Positions 8,571 to 16,378 of a stretch of DNA of 29,073 nucleotides are shown piece after piece. Location: IMG/VR virus record IMGVR_UViG_2778261396_000002; one strand, given 5' to 3'. This DNA comes from a virus (Duplodnaviria > Heunggongvirae > Uroviricota > Caudoviricetes). A program made the translations under genes and the position numbers. Within the stretch, counting starts at the first letter, position 1. Each line of letters opens with the position of its first letter. The notes below the pieces were generated by a model, which worked only from the letters and a program-made list of their open reading frames with translations, had not been told where the DNA came from and ran no database searches.

Positions 8571-11042
8571 TTAAGAATCAGCCTGACTCGGGATCAGTTT
8601 TTGCCAGATAACTGAAACGTATTTTGCCTGGTAACGGGCGTCATCAAGTGCATTATGGCGCTCACCTTCGAATGGAATAGCCGTTCTGGCATCGAAGTCT
8701 ATGGCTTTCCCCAGCTCAACGATTGTGCGTACATCGCGATCGTTGTAGTAACGCCACGGGCAGGGGATCCCCTGCCGTTCGTATGAACGGCGCAAAATCG
8801 TGTTGTCGAAGTTGGCTCCATTTCCCCAAACCTGAACAAAAAATTCACCGGAGTTTTCGTCGATAAATTCTCGCAATTGTAACAGTGCATCATCTAACGG
8901 GATTTCATCGGTCATAATGGCAGATTGCGCTTCGCGTGATTGCTTAAGCCACCATTTAATGGTGTCCCGATCAATGACTCCGCCAGCAGTTTCCAGATCG
9001 ATAGTCTTACTAAATTCCGGTCCCATATCTCCGGTTTGCGGATCGAAAAATATTGCACCTATTGAGATGATCGGGGCATCAGGATTTTTTCCCATGGTTT
9101 CAAGGTCGATCATTAGATGGTCACACGTCCTGCTGGTGGATGTGATTTCGTGATGACCGTTCACCTTAATTGGGTGATCTGCCGTCTCGCCAGTTTCATT
9201 ATCGCTATTGTGATGCTGATTGCCGCCAGTGTTCTCCTTGTGTGGATGTTCAGCGCCTTCCATTTCCTCCGGATCATCTTCCTGAACTTCAACCTGATAC
9301 TCTTCATCGAATGTTTCTTGGTATGTTGCGTCGCCCATCACCGCGCCACAATCAGGGCAGTTGCCGCCGCCGGTCTGACCGCAGGCGGTGCAGACTTTTT
9401 CCACTTCCTGTTGCGCTACTGGTTCAGGCTGTTTCGTTTCTGGCTCGTTTTGTAACGCATTTGGACTGTTTTGTTCCGCTTTTTGGTAGTTCCGTTCCGA
9501 TTCATGCTGGTTCTGGTTCACAGAATCGCGGGTCTGGAGCCCCTTAACCCATTTCGGATCATTCGGGTCACTAATCCCTTCAACAAATTCACCACGTGAT
9601 GCAGCAAGCAACTTATCGGCGTCAGGCTGGCTGATATTGGCTGCCTGCATAATTTTGTTTACTTCGTCAGCGGTAACTTTTATCGGCTCTGGTTGTTCTG
9701 AATCTTCAGCGGTATCTACATTTTGCGGTAAGCCCGTGTATGTGCCATTTTTTCGGGCAAAATATTCTTCTTTTGTGATTTCAGTGGCGCCAGCAGCCAG
9801 TGCCTTATCCAGACCAGAGAGTTTGTTTGCGCGACCGTATTTTTCTCCGTCCTTATCTGCGAAGAGGAAATAGAACGGCCCCTCACGCTCTACAGATGGT
9901 TCAGCTTCCGGCGCGGTTTCATTTTTTGGGATATCAGATACCTCAGTTTCCACTGCATCAGTTTGTGTTTCTGATGACTGGAGAACATCAACAGTGCCCA
10001 GGTCTGTTTCTTCATTCTCAAACACGCCCTTTGTCGTCAGGTATTCGCAGATATATTTGTTCAGTGCTACGGGATCTTTGTGAATGTCGATCGGACGCTC
10101 ACGGACAAGGCCAAAAATAGTTTGGCGGTCGTAGCGAAGGGCATCAGGCTGTTTGCGCATTGATGCCGAGATACGCTTCCAGTCTTCGCGGTCGTTGTCG
10201 ATAACTTCTTTTTTTGCCCAGCGATGGATGCTGCCGTCAATGTTTCCGGCATCCACATCACTAGGCCAGAGAGCGTAGGCCAGTTCGTCATCCAGTGTTT
10301 TCCATGTCTGCTTGTATTCGCGATGAATGGCAGCAATGACCGGGCTGATTTTTCCTGTTGAATTTTCAGTGTACTGTTGATTGGCTCTGGCGCGGGCGAG
10401 ATCAACAACAGACGTGTATTTTCCGGTTTCCTTGCGTTCACCTTCGCGACGTTTTTTCCAGATGCGCATCTCTGCCTGAATTTCGGGCCATTTAGCACCA
10501 GGAATACATTTATGCTTAACCCACCCAATGGCGTGCAACTTAAGCTCCGGATACATGGCGTTAACTTCTGGCATTTTCATCAACGCTTCAACGATATGTC
10601 CGTCGAATGTTGCCATGTCTTCCTGCAACAATTCCTGTGCGCTAATAACCATATCAACGGTGATGTTTTCACATGTGTCGAACTTAACCATGACAGCGTT
10701 CTGTACTTCAGGGGCCAGCTTGTCAAAAGTGACGTTCATCGGATCGGATTCAGTCTCAACCGGGACAAAAGAAGCAGACTCCTCATCCCAGCGGTTTTCC
10801 TGCATATATTCAGCATCCCATGAATCGAGGGCAGGGCGGGGTATGCCAGGTTTATCCTCGCAGACAATAAATTTATAAGCGCAGTCCTGAGCAGCCGGAT
10901 AATGTTCCAGGAATTGCCAGTGAAATTTTGCTCGAGCACGGCGTTCGTCGCCAGCTTCAATGGCTGTGGCTACAGCCACAGCGCCTTCTTCCCTTGTTGC
11001 CAGTTCGTCAGGAATAGCGGCGCAAATAAAGACTTTACTCAT
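8571..11042 (-). CDS. ydfE: Large prophage exonuclease: N-terminal domain, acidic linker, CxxC…CxxC zinc ribbon, C-terminal DnaQ-like DEDDh 3'-5' exonuclease (823 aa); full-length counterpart of the K-12 ydfE fragment
   Basis: ORF 8571..11078; start ATG 11042 (MSKVFICAAIPDE…) with GAGG SD; C-terminus has Exo I (MIDLETMG), Exo II (WGNGANFD), Exo III (HNALDDARYQ) motifs. Confidence 0.7.
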   Translation of the reverse strand: MSKVFICAAIPDELATREEGAVAVATAIEAGDERRARAKFHWQFLEHYPAAQDCAYKFIVCEDKPGIPRPALDSWDAEYMQENRWDEESASFVPVETESDPMNVTFDKLAPEVQNAVMVKFDTCENITVDMVISAQELLQEDMATFDGHIVEALMKMPEVNAMYPELKLHAIGWVKHKCIPGAKWPEIQAEMRIWKKRREGERKETGKYTSVVDLARARANQQYTENSTGKISPVIAAIHREYKQTWKTLDDELAYALWPSDVDAGNIDGSIHRWAKKEVIDNDREDWKRISASMRKQPDALRYDRQTIFGLVRERPIDIHKDPVALNKYICEYLTTKGVFENEETDLGTVDVLQSSETQTDAVETEVSDIPKNETAPEAEPSVEREGPFYFLFADKDGEKYGRANKLSGLDKALAAGATEITKEEYFARKNGTYTGLPQNVDTAEDSEQPEPIKVTADEVNKIMQAANISQPDADKLLAASRGEFVEGISDPNDPKWVKGLQTRDSVNQNQHESERNYQKAEQNSPNALQNEPETKQPEPVAQQEVEKVCTACGQTGGGNCPDCGAVMGDATYQETFDEEYQVEVQEDDPEEMEGAEHPHKENTGGNQHHNSDNETGETADHPIKVNGHHEITSTSRTCDHLMIDLETMGKNPDAPIISIGAIFFDPQTGDMGPEFSKTIDLETAGGVIDRDTIKWWLKQSREAQSAIMTDEIPLDDALLQLREFIDENSGEFFVQVWGNGANFDNTILRRSYERQGIPCPWRYYNDRDVRTIVELGKAIDFDARTAIPFEGERHNALDDARYQAKYVSVIWQKLIPSQADS

Positions 11043-11134
11043 TTGTTTTAACCTCATGACAGATTTAAGGATGAACAAATCCCTGCCATTGCTGGCATAT
11101 AAGAATGAAACCGGATATTTATTACGGAACTGTT

Positions 11135-11326
11135 TTAAAGACCTGCCGGGATTTCGATATTATCCTGGTGAATAACTTTATCGACCGGGTAACAGTTACC
11201 GGGAATTTTCTGTTCGGTTGCTGCAGTCATACACTCCTGCATTGTCCTGTGAACACTGACTGCAATATCAACTGGCTCTCCGGAAACAAGAAAAACTGTC
11301 AGAACAAGCACAAATGCTGAATTCAT
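11135..11326 (-). CDS. ydfD: Small prophage protein YdfD (63 aa)
   Basis: Translation MNSAFVLVLTVFLVSGEPVDIAVSVHRTMQECMTAATEQKIPGNCYPVDKVIHQDNIEIPAGL; start overlaps dicB stop (ATGA). Confidence 0.8.
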   Translation of the reverse strand: MNSAFVLVLTVFLVSGEPVDIAVSVHRTMQECMTAATEQKIPGNCYPVDKVIHQDNIEIPAGL

Positions 11327-11511
11327 TGTGCACATCCTTTTGGCATCAGACGTAAACGAGCCAGCATTGAAACAATGCATATTTTATTTAATAGCTCCCG
11401 TTCTTGTTTTCTCTTGTTAATGGCATCTTCAGTAAATACTGGGTTACTGATAGTGACACCAATTTCAAAACAACCTTCAGACGTATTAACGTTTGGTAAT
11501 AACGTTTTCAT
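11323..11511 (-). CDS. dicB: Cell-division inhibitor DicB (62 aa)
   Basis: Translation MKTLLPNVNTSEGCFEIGVTISNPVFTEDAINKRKQERELLNKICIVSMLARLRLMPKGCAQ matches recalled DicB. Confidence 0.9.
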   Translation of the reverse strand: MKTLLPNVNTSEGCFEIGVTISNPVFTEDAINKRKQERELLNKICIVSMLARLRLMPKGCAQ

Positions 11512-11685
11512 TATCGCGTCCTCAACAATGAATTTTGTGATGCAGTGCCTGGTGCCTCCAGGTGACGTTAACCAGTTAACAATTAACGCCGGATACAGAG
11601 AATCCACCCATAACACTGTTTTTGGTTTTAACTGTTCCGCGTGCGCTCAGCCGCATTCACCACATCACAAAATTCACTTTAAAAA

Positions 11686-11738
11686 GGGCGGCAGAGCAGT
11701 CACGGAGTAAAACTGATACCGCCAAACGTCACCAGAAA
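11686..11738 (-). ncRNA. dicF: DicF small RNA (53 nt; ftsZ-targeting)
   Basis: Reverse complement reads TTTCTGGTGACGTTTGGCGGTATCAGTTTTACTCCGTGACTGCTCTGCCGCCC followed by T-run, matching recalled DicF; lies between ydfC and dicB. Confidence 0.85.
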
Positions 11739-12078
11739 ATTGATAACAGAGGGCGTTGCAGCGGGGTTGTCACTTAAGCGTATGGTCAACCTGACAACCC
11801 GGTGTCCTCAACGGGGAAGGAATAACCCCGCCATACTTACCGCCGCGCCATTTCGCGGGTTGCCACAACCGGAAGCGCACGGTCGACGAAAATTTAACGA
11901 CAGGCTATCTATGAACCAGCTACCTCGCCGTGCGCTTTCGCGTTATGGTCTGACTTTTCAGGGAAATATCCTTTCAGTAAACTGTCAGTTCCGGATGCGC
12001 ACCCGTGTCCGGCGCACGCACTCCACCTCACCCGTGGAGAACTCCTTAATTACTAACCTTAGCTTTGTTGATTAGCTA

Positions 12079-12297
12079 CTAACGCGGGTATGTAATCATT
12101 CTGGCAATGCTTAATGCCGCTGCTTTTTCCAGATTGGTGATATCCTGCTCCAGAGCGGACAGATTTTCAGCCTGCTTAGCCCTGGCTTCAGTAGCCCATT
12201 TCAGATCCTGCGCTGCATTAATTTTCTGGCGCATCCACTCATAAAGTTCATCATCGGTATAGTCTGGCGCGATGATGACGGGTTCTCGTTTCTGCAT
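12079..12297 (-). CDS. ydfC: dicB-operon small protein YdfC (72 aa)
   Basis: ORF translation MQKREPVIIAPDYTDDELYEWMRQKINAAQDLKW…; synteny ydfA-ydfB-ydfC-dicF-dicB. Confidence 0.7.
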   Translation of the reverse strand: MQKREPVIIAPDYTDDELYEWMRQKINAAQDLKWATEARAKQAENLSALEQDITNLEKAAALSIARMITYPR

Positions 12298-12326
12298 ACT
12301 GATTCCTCGCGGTGCTGTTTCGCTTA

Positions 12327-12455
12327 TCAGCCGTTAGATTTTGCCGAACTGGAAAGCGCCTGTTTAAATTCGCTGAAGCTGAGAGCTTCTTCGCCTTCGG
12401 CAAGGCCTTCGAAGTATTCTTCGTAAGCCTTTTCCATGATTGTGTCGAAATCCAT
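12327..12455 (-). CDS. ydfB: dicB-operon small protein YdfB (42 aa)
   Basis: Manual translation of minus strand: MDFDTIMEKAYEEYFEGLAEGEEALSFSEFKQALSSSAKSNG*; ATG follows GGTGGGTGAT. Confidence 0.7.
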   Translation of the reverse strand: MDFDTIMEKAYEEYFEGLAEGEEALSFSEFKQALSSSAKSNG

Positions 12456-12456
12456 A

Positions 12457-12612
12457 TCACCCACCTGAATTTCTTTCCAGCCAGCGACGCGCTCCAGATT
12501 CGGTTTTAAACGTTTTGCTTTTGGTATACGTCATTTCGGTGAACGTGCCGTCCTGGTTTGGAAACACGCCACATACCAGAGATTCGTTGTTGCCAAGATC
12601 GATAGTATCCAT
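12457..12612 (-). CDS. ydfA: dicB-operon small protein YdfA (51 aa)
   Basis: Internal Met of ORF 12457..12666: MDTIDLGNNESLVCGVFPNQDGTFTEMTYTKSKTFKTESGARRWLERNSGG. Confidence 0.75.
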   Translation of the reverse strand: MDTIDLGNNESLVCGVFPNQDGTFTEMTYTKSKTFKTESGARRWLERNSGG

Positions 12613-12726
12613 GCTGACCTCATTTCCCCTTAACGCCGGGGTAGCGGAACTGTTTGCTGAGAACACCGTGCGGTGTCTTGATGGAAAATAATTTAGAATA
12701 ACCTAACATGAGAGGCAAGTGTTTTT

Positions 12727-12746
12727 TGTTAGATTGATCTAACAAA
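12727..12746. promoter_or_regulatory. Palindromic operator TTGTTAGAT-TG-ATCTAACAA in dicB-operon promoter region (putative DicA site)
   Basis: Perfect 9+9 inverted repeat between ydfA start and dicA stop; shares TGTTAG…CTAACA half-sites with second site at 13238-13255. Confidence 0.5.
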
Positions 12747-12780
12747 AAGGGTGGGCGCAACTAATCACTTGAAAAGAATG

Positions 12781-13188
12781 TTATTTTATTGATTTATTTT
12801 TACGCGCTTTAAGCATTTCTTCGAAGAGTTTGTTGAAGTTTTCTACTCTTGCGCGCATTTCAGACAGCAAGGCTTCCTGCTCGGAAGATGGAAGAGCATC
12901 GAATAATTCGATCAATTCTTTGTGGTTGGGAGTTAGCTCTGTTTCCACATGAAGTTCTTGTGCAGGCACTGGTGCCTTGTCTTCGTCACCAAACATTAGC
13001 CATGTAGGTGAGCACTTCAGAGCATCCGCTAAAGCAAACAATCGTTTTCCGACTGGCTGGGTTTCGTCTCTTTCCCATTGTGAAATTGTGACGTGAGCAA
13101 CTCCAGCGAGGCGCGCGGCTTCTCGTTGTGTTAAGCGTAATTCTTTTCGTCGCGCCAGAACTCGCTGGCCCAGGGTTCTTGTATCCAT
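12781..13188 (-). CDS. dicA: HTH (Xre/cI-like) repressor DicA homolog (135 aa)
   Basis: ORF translation; HTH LTQREAARLAGVAHVTISQWE; C-terminal …LKCSPTWLMFGDEDK…EMRARVENFNKLFEEMLKAR resembles DicA; N-terminus diverged from K-12 as recalled. Confidence 0.8.
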   Translation of the reverse strand: MDTRTLGQRVLARRKELRLTQREAARLAGVAHVTISQWERDETQPVGKRLFALADALKCSPTWLMFGDEDKAPVPAQELHVETELTPNHKELIELFDALPSSEQEALLSEMRARVENFNKLFEEMLKARKNKSIK

Positions 13189-13210
13189 AGTTAGGTAATT
13201 CTAATTTTTC

Positions 13211-13255
13211 TTGACTTAGGTATCCCGCGCACAATAATGTTAGAAAAATCTAACA
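13211..13255 (+). promoter_or_regulatory. dicC promoter (-35 TTGACT, 17-bp spacer, -10 ATAATG) overlapped by operator TGTTAGAAAAATCTAACA (13238-13255)
   Basis: Sigma70-like hexamers read directly; palindrome immediately downstream of -10; located in divergent dicA/dicC intergenic region. Confidence 0.5.
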
Positions 13256-13269
13256 AGAGGGGGGCTTTG

Positions 13270-13497
13270 ATGCTTAAAGTTGACGCAATTACTTTTTTTG
13301 GCAGCAAAACAAAGCTTGCCAATGCCGCAGGAGTGAGGCTGGCAAGTGTTGCTGCTTGGGGGATACTGGTTCCTGAAGGTCGCGCGATGCGTCTACAGGA
13401 GGCATCTGGCGGGGAGCTTCAGTATGATCCCAAAGTTTATGATGAATATCGTAAGACGAAGCGGGCGGGGCGGTTGAACAATGAAAATCACTCCTGA
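13270..13497 (+). CDS. dicC: Cro-like regulator DicC (75 aa)
   Basis: Internal ATG of ORF 13237..13497: MLKVDAITFFGSKTKLANAAGVRLASVAAWG…EGRAMRLQEASGGELQYDPKVYDEYRKTKRAGRLNNENHS. Confidence 0.85.
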   Translation: MLKVDAITFFGSKTKLANAAGVRLASVAAWGILVPEGRAMRLQEASGGELQYDPKVYDEYRKTKRAGRLNNENHS

Positions 13498-14002
13498 ACA
13501 GGCTCGTGAGGCTCTGGATGCCTGGATATGTCGACCAGGAATGACACAGGAGCAGGCGACGATATTAATCACTGAAGCATTCTGGGCTTTGAAAGAGCGC
13601 CCGAACATCGATGTTCAGCGTGTCACAGATGAAGGTGGCGCGGTTGATCAGCGAGCGCTTGGTGTTAATCGAGTGAAGATATTCGAACGCTGGAAGGCTA
13701 TCGATACCAGGGATAAGCGTGAAAAGTTCACGGCGCTAGTGCCTGCGATTATGGAGGCTATCCGGATTAGTGATTTCAGGTTGTATCGTGAAATTACTGA
13801 CGGAAAAAGCATCACGTGCATGATCGCCGGGTTAAACAAAGAATATGGCGATGTGGTGGAGTCCGGACTGCTTTTTGCTGATCCTGCCGTAGTGGATCGT
13901 GAAACTGACGAACTTATAGAAAAAGCAATTGCTTTCAAGCTTGCGTATCGACAGCAATACCAACAAAAAGCTGGATGGAATTATGAGCCTTCTTTTTGCT
14001 GA
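13481..14002 (+). CDS. YdaT-like prophage protein (cII-position gene), 173 aa
   Basis: ORF translation MKITPEQAREALDAWICRPGMTQEQA…; position directly after cro-like gene; family assignment from memory only. Confidence 0.45.
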   Translation: MKITPEQAREALDAWICRPGMTQEQATILITEAFWALKERPNIDVQRVTDEGGAVDQRALGVNRVKIFERWKAIDTRDKREKFTALVPAIMEAIRISDFRLYREITDGKSITCMIAGLNKEYGDVVESGLLFADPAVVDRETDELIEKAIAFKLAYRQQYQQKAGWNYEPSFC

Positions 14003-14948
14003 ACGCCCACTGGTTATAAACACGCAGCTGGCAATGAAAATTGGCTTAAACGAAGCCATTGTTTTGCAACAACTGCACTACTGGTTGAGAGATACCAACT
14101 CCGGCATGGAATGTGATGGTGTTCGCTGGATTTATAACACAACGGAACAATGGCTGGAACAGTTCCCATTCTGGTCAGAGTCAACGTTAAAGCGCGCGTT
14201 TGCAAGTCTGAAAACGCTGGGGCTTTTGCGTTGTGAAAAGCTCAATAAATCAAAGCGCGATATGACCAATTTCTACACGATCAACTATGGGAGCGAGCTT
14301 TTAGATGGTGGCAAATTGAGCGAATCCATCGGTTCAAAATGCGCCGCTCCATCAGGTCAAAATGACACGATGGAAGAGGTCAAAATGAAACGCTCCATTG
14401 GTTCAAAACGACCCAATGTCATCGGGTCAAAATGGCCTGATGATCTTACAGAGAATACAACAGAGATTACTACAGAGAATAAAAACACTTTTCGTCCGGA
14501 AGCTTCGCAACCGGACCCGCAGACGACTGAACAGGATTTTTTAACCCGGAACTCCGACGCGGTTGTGTTTAGTGCGAAAAAACGCCAGTGGGGTAGCAGG
14601 GAGGATTTGGCGTGTGCGCAGTGGATCTGGGGGCGGATCGTGGGTCTCTACGAACAGGCAGCCAGTGATGATGGCGAGATCATGCGACCAAAAGAGCCTA
14701 ACTGGACTGCCTGGGCCAATGACGTGCGCACAATGCGGATGCTGGATGGCAGAAGCCACAGACAAATTTGCGAAATGTTTGGTCGGGTTCAGCGAGATCC
14801 ATTCTGGGTAAAAAACATCATGAGCCCGTCAAAGCTCCGCGAAAAATGGGACGAACTGGTCATCCGCCTGGGACGTTCACCTGTACAGCGTTGTGTTAAT
14901 CATATTTCTGAACCGGATACAGAAATTCCGCCTGGTTTCAGAGGATAA
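13983..14948 (+). CDS. Phage replication initiation protein (lambda O-like, HTH N-domain), 321 aa
   Basis: ORF 13929..14948; ATG 13983 MSLLFAERPLVINTQLAMKIGLNEAIVLQQLHYWL…; repeated SIGSK peptide motifs encoded by DNA iterons. Confidence 0.7.
   Translation: MSLLFAERPLVINTQLAMKIGLNEAIVLQQLHYWLRDTNSGMECDGVRWIYNTTEQWLEQFPFWSESTLKRAFASLKTLGLLRCEKLNKSKRDMTNFYTINYGSELLDGGKLSESIGSKCAAPSGQNDTMEEVKMKRSIGSKRPNVIGSKWPDDLTENTTEITTENKNTFRPEASQPDPQTTEQDFLTRNSDAVVFSAKKRQWGSREDLACAQWIWGRIVGLYEQAASDDGEIMRPKEPNWTAWANDVRTMRMLDGRSHRQICEMFGRVQRDPFWVKNIMSPSKLREKWDELVIRLGRSPVQRCVNHISEPDTEIPPGFRG
14327..14436 (+). repeat. Five direct iteron-like repeats (core GGT(T)CAAAA(T/C)G, ~23-bp spacing) inside the replication gene – candidate prophage origin
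   Basis: Cores at about 14331, 14355, 14378, 14400, 14424 read directly from sequence. Confidence 0.55.
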
Positions 14949-14988
14949 GTGTTGATTTCAGGTCATGAGGTAATTTTAAGGGGGACTT

Positions 14989-15411
14989 GTGGCAAAAGTT
15001 TTTACACAAGAAGAGCGGGAAAAAATTAAATGGCAGGTGGTGGAACTCGTGCGCCAGAGCGGCCGTGAGACGTTACGGCAACTGGAAGCTAAAACAGGTG
15101 CGACTAGATATCTGATGAGCGTTCTTGCCAGAGAGCTGGTAGCCAGTGGCGATGTATACAACTCCGGCTACGGGTTATTCCCCTCTGAACAGGCGCGTAA
15201 GGACTGGCAAAACGCCCGCAAAAAACTCTCGAGGGCAAAGGTGAAGAAACCTGCTGTGGTTGATCCGGACCTTATCTGGTCATCACCTGACGGAGAAATA
15301 CGTCGCTACGACAGTCGCCTAAACATAATCTGTCGCGAGTGCCGGAAGAGCGAAGTTATGCAGCGCATACTGGCTTTCTATCAGGGTAATTTTCAGGACG
15401 TGGCGCAGTGA
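14989..15411 (+). CDS. Hypothetical prophage protein (140 aa, GTG start)
   Basis: ORF with AGGGGGA SD 4-5 nt upstream of GTG; stop overlaps next gene start (GTGA). Confidence 0.45.
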   Translation: MAKVFTQEEREKIKWQVVELVRQSGRETLRQLEAKTGATRYLMSVLARELVASGDVYNSGYGLFPSEQARKDWQNARKKLSRAKVKKPAVVDPDLIWSSPDGEIRRYDSRLNIICRECRKSEVMQRILAFYQGNFQDVAQ

Positions 15412-15854
15412 GTGCACCGGCAACCATTCTTGATATGTGCTGTGGCAGCCGCATGTTCTGGTTCGATAAGTCTGACGAACGGGCGATATTCAGCGATATC
15501 AGAAAAGAAGGATACACATTACGCAATGGGAGACGCTTGATTATCAGCCCTGACATTATCGCAGATTTTCGTGCATTATCATTTGCAGACGCATCTTTTT
15601 CGATGGTTGTATTAGACCCTCCGCATCTTGAGAGTGTTGGTGATAACGCCTGGATGGGAAAGAAATATGGACGGCTGAATAAAGATGCCTGGCGTGATGA
15701 TTCGCGACAGAGATTTAAAGAAGCCTTTCGGGTGTTGAGGCCGCACGGCGTTCTGATTTTTTAATGGAATGAAACGCAAATACCGGTAAGCCAGATTCTG
15801 GCACTGACAGACAGAAAACCTGTTATCTGTCAACGAACAGGGAAAAAACGATAA
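15408..15854 (+). pseudogene. SAM-dependent (gamma-class-like amino-) methyltransferase remnant with in-frame TAA at 15762-15764
   Basis: Motif I-like LDMCCGSRMF and motif IV-like VVLDPPH; same frame continues after the TAA for 29 more codons; total still short for a DNA MTase. Confidence 0.4.
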
Positions 15855-16026
15855 AACCCACTGGATTATTTTTATGAAAGAGGCATCCAGTGAGTAGATT
15901 CGTAAGGCTACAGATACGTATATCTGAATAATTAAATTCAGTTCTGTAAATAAAATTTAATCCTTAACCGGATGGATTTCTGCACCCTCAGAACATCAGG
16001 AGGCCGCCCGAAAGGGCGGTAGTGAA

Positions 16027-16137
16027 ATGCGAAAGTTCAAAATTATTATTGAAACGGGAATAGCTGGTGGAGATTTTGAGGATGTATTCGAAGTGGACGA
16101 TGACGCAACACCTGAGGAAATTCATGACGGAGCATAA
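16027..16137 (+). CDS. Small acidic ORF (36 aa) preceded by AGGAGG and a GAAA-tetraloop hairpin
   Basis: ATG 16027 … MRKFKIIIETGIAGGDFEDVFEVDDDATPEEIHDGA*; below ORF-track size cutoff; manual translation. Confidence 0.3.
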   Translation: MRKFKIIIETGIAGGDFEDVFEVDDDATPEEIHDGA

Positions 16138-16186
16138 GAAATTTTCTTTAACTACTGCAATTACTCATACCACGAAATAAAAGACG

Positions 16187-16378
16187 ATGAGGAAGAACAA
16201 AGTGGCTGATTTTTGTTCAGCTAAATATAACATCAGTTTTGAAGAGCGGGATGAACTATTAATGGACTATGGTGAGTTACGCGGTGGAAGTGCTGCTGAT
16301 GTCGAATCCTAGCGTGATGACTATGAAGCGGGAAAAACTCCGGTCGAAGCATATTGTGATGAGTGGGGCGATGAATGA
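16187..16378 (+). pseudogene. Small ORF (63 codons) with in-frame amber TAG at 16310-16312
   Basis: MRKNKVADFCSAKYNISFEERDELLMDYGELRGGSAADVES*RDDYEAGKTPVEAYCDEWGDE*; stop overlaps next ORF start (ATGA). Confidence 0.35.

Noticed and set aside
8917-10960. Multiple 70-150 aa ORFs on both strands inside the exonuclease gene (e.g. 9117..9455+, 9170..9547+, 10067..10528-, 10377..10823+)
   Set aside because: All lie within or antisense to the long 823-aa coding frame, have low-complexity or Cys/Arg-rich composition and lack ribosome-binding sites; these are frame-shadow ORFs.
8571-11042. Assignment of the large exonuclease as RecE (exonuclease VIII)
   Set aside because: C-terminal catalytic motifs are DnaQ-like DEDDh (3'-5'), not the PD-(D/E)XK fold of RecE/lambda Exo; no RecT-like partner gene is adjacent.
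11740-12075. 111-aa plus-strand ORF between DicF and ydfC
   Set aside because: Antisense to the dicB-operon transcript, Arg/Pro-rich with no SD; the region is better explained as the structured processing spacer of the DicF precursor.
14327-14436. Regularly spaced direct repeats considered as a possible CRISPR array
   Set aside because: Repeat units are ~10-11 bp cores at ~23-bp spacing inside a coding sequence, without CRISPR-length repeats/spacers or cas genes; they are consistent with ori iterons.
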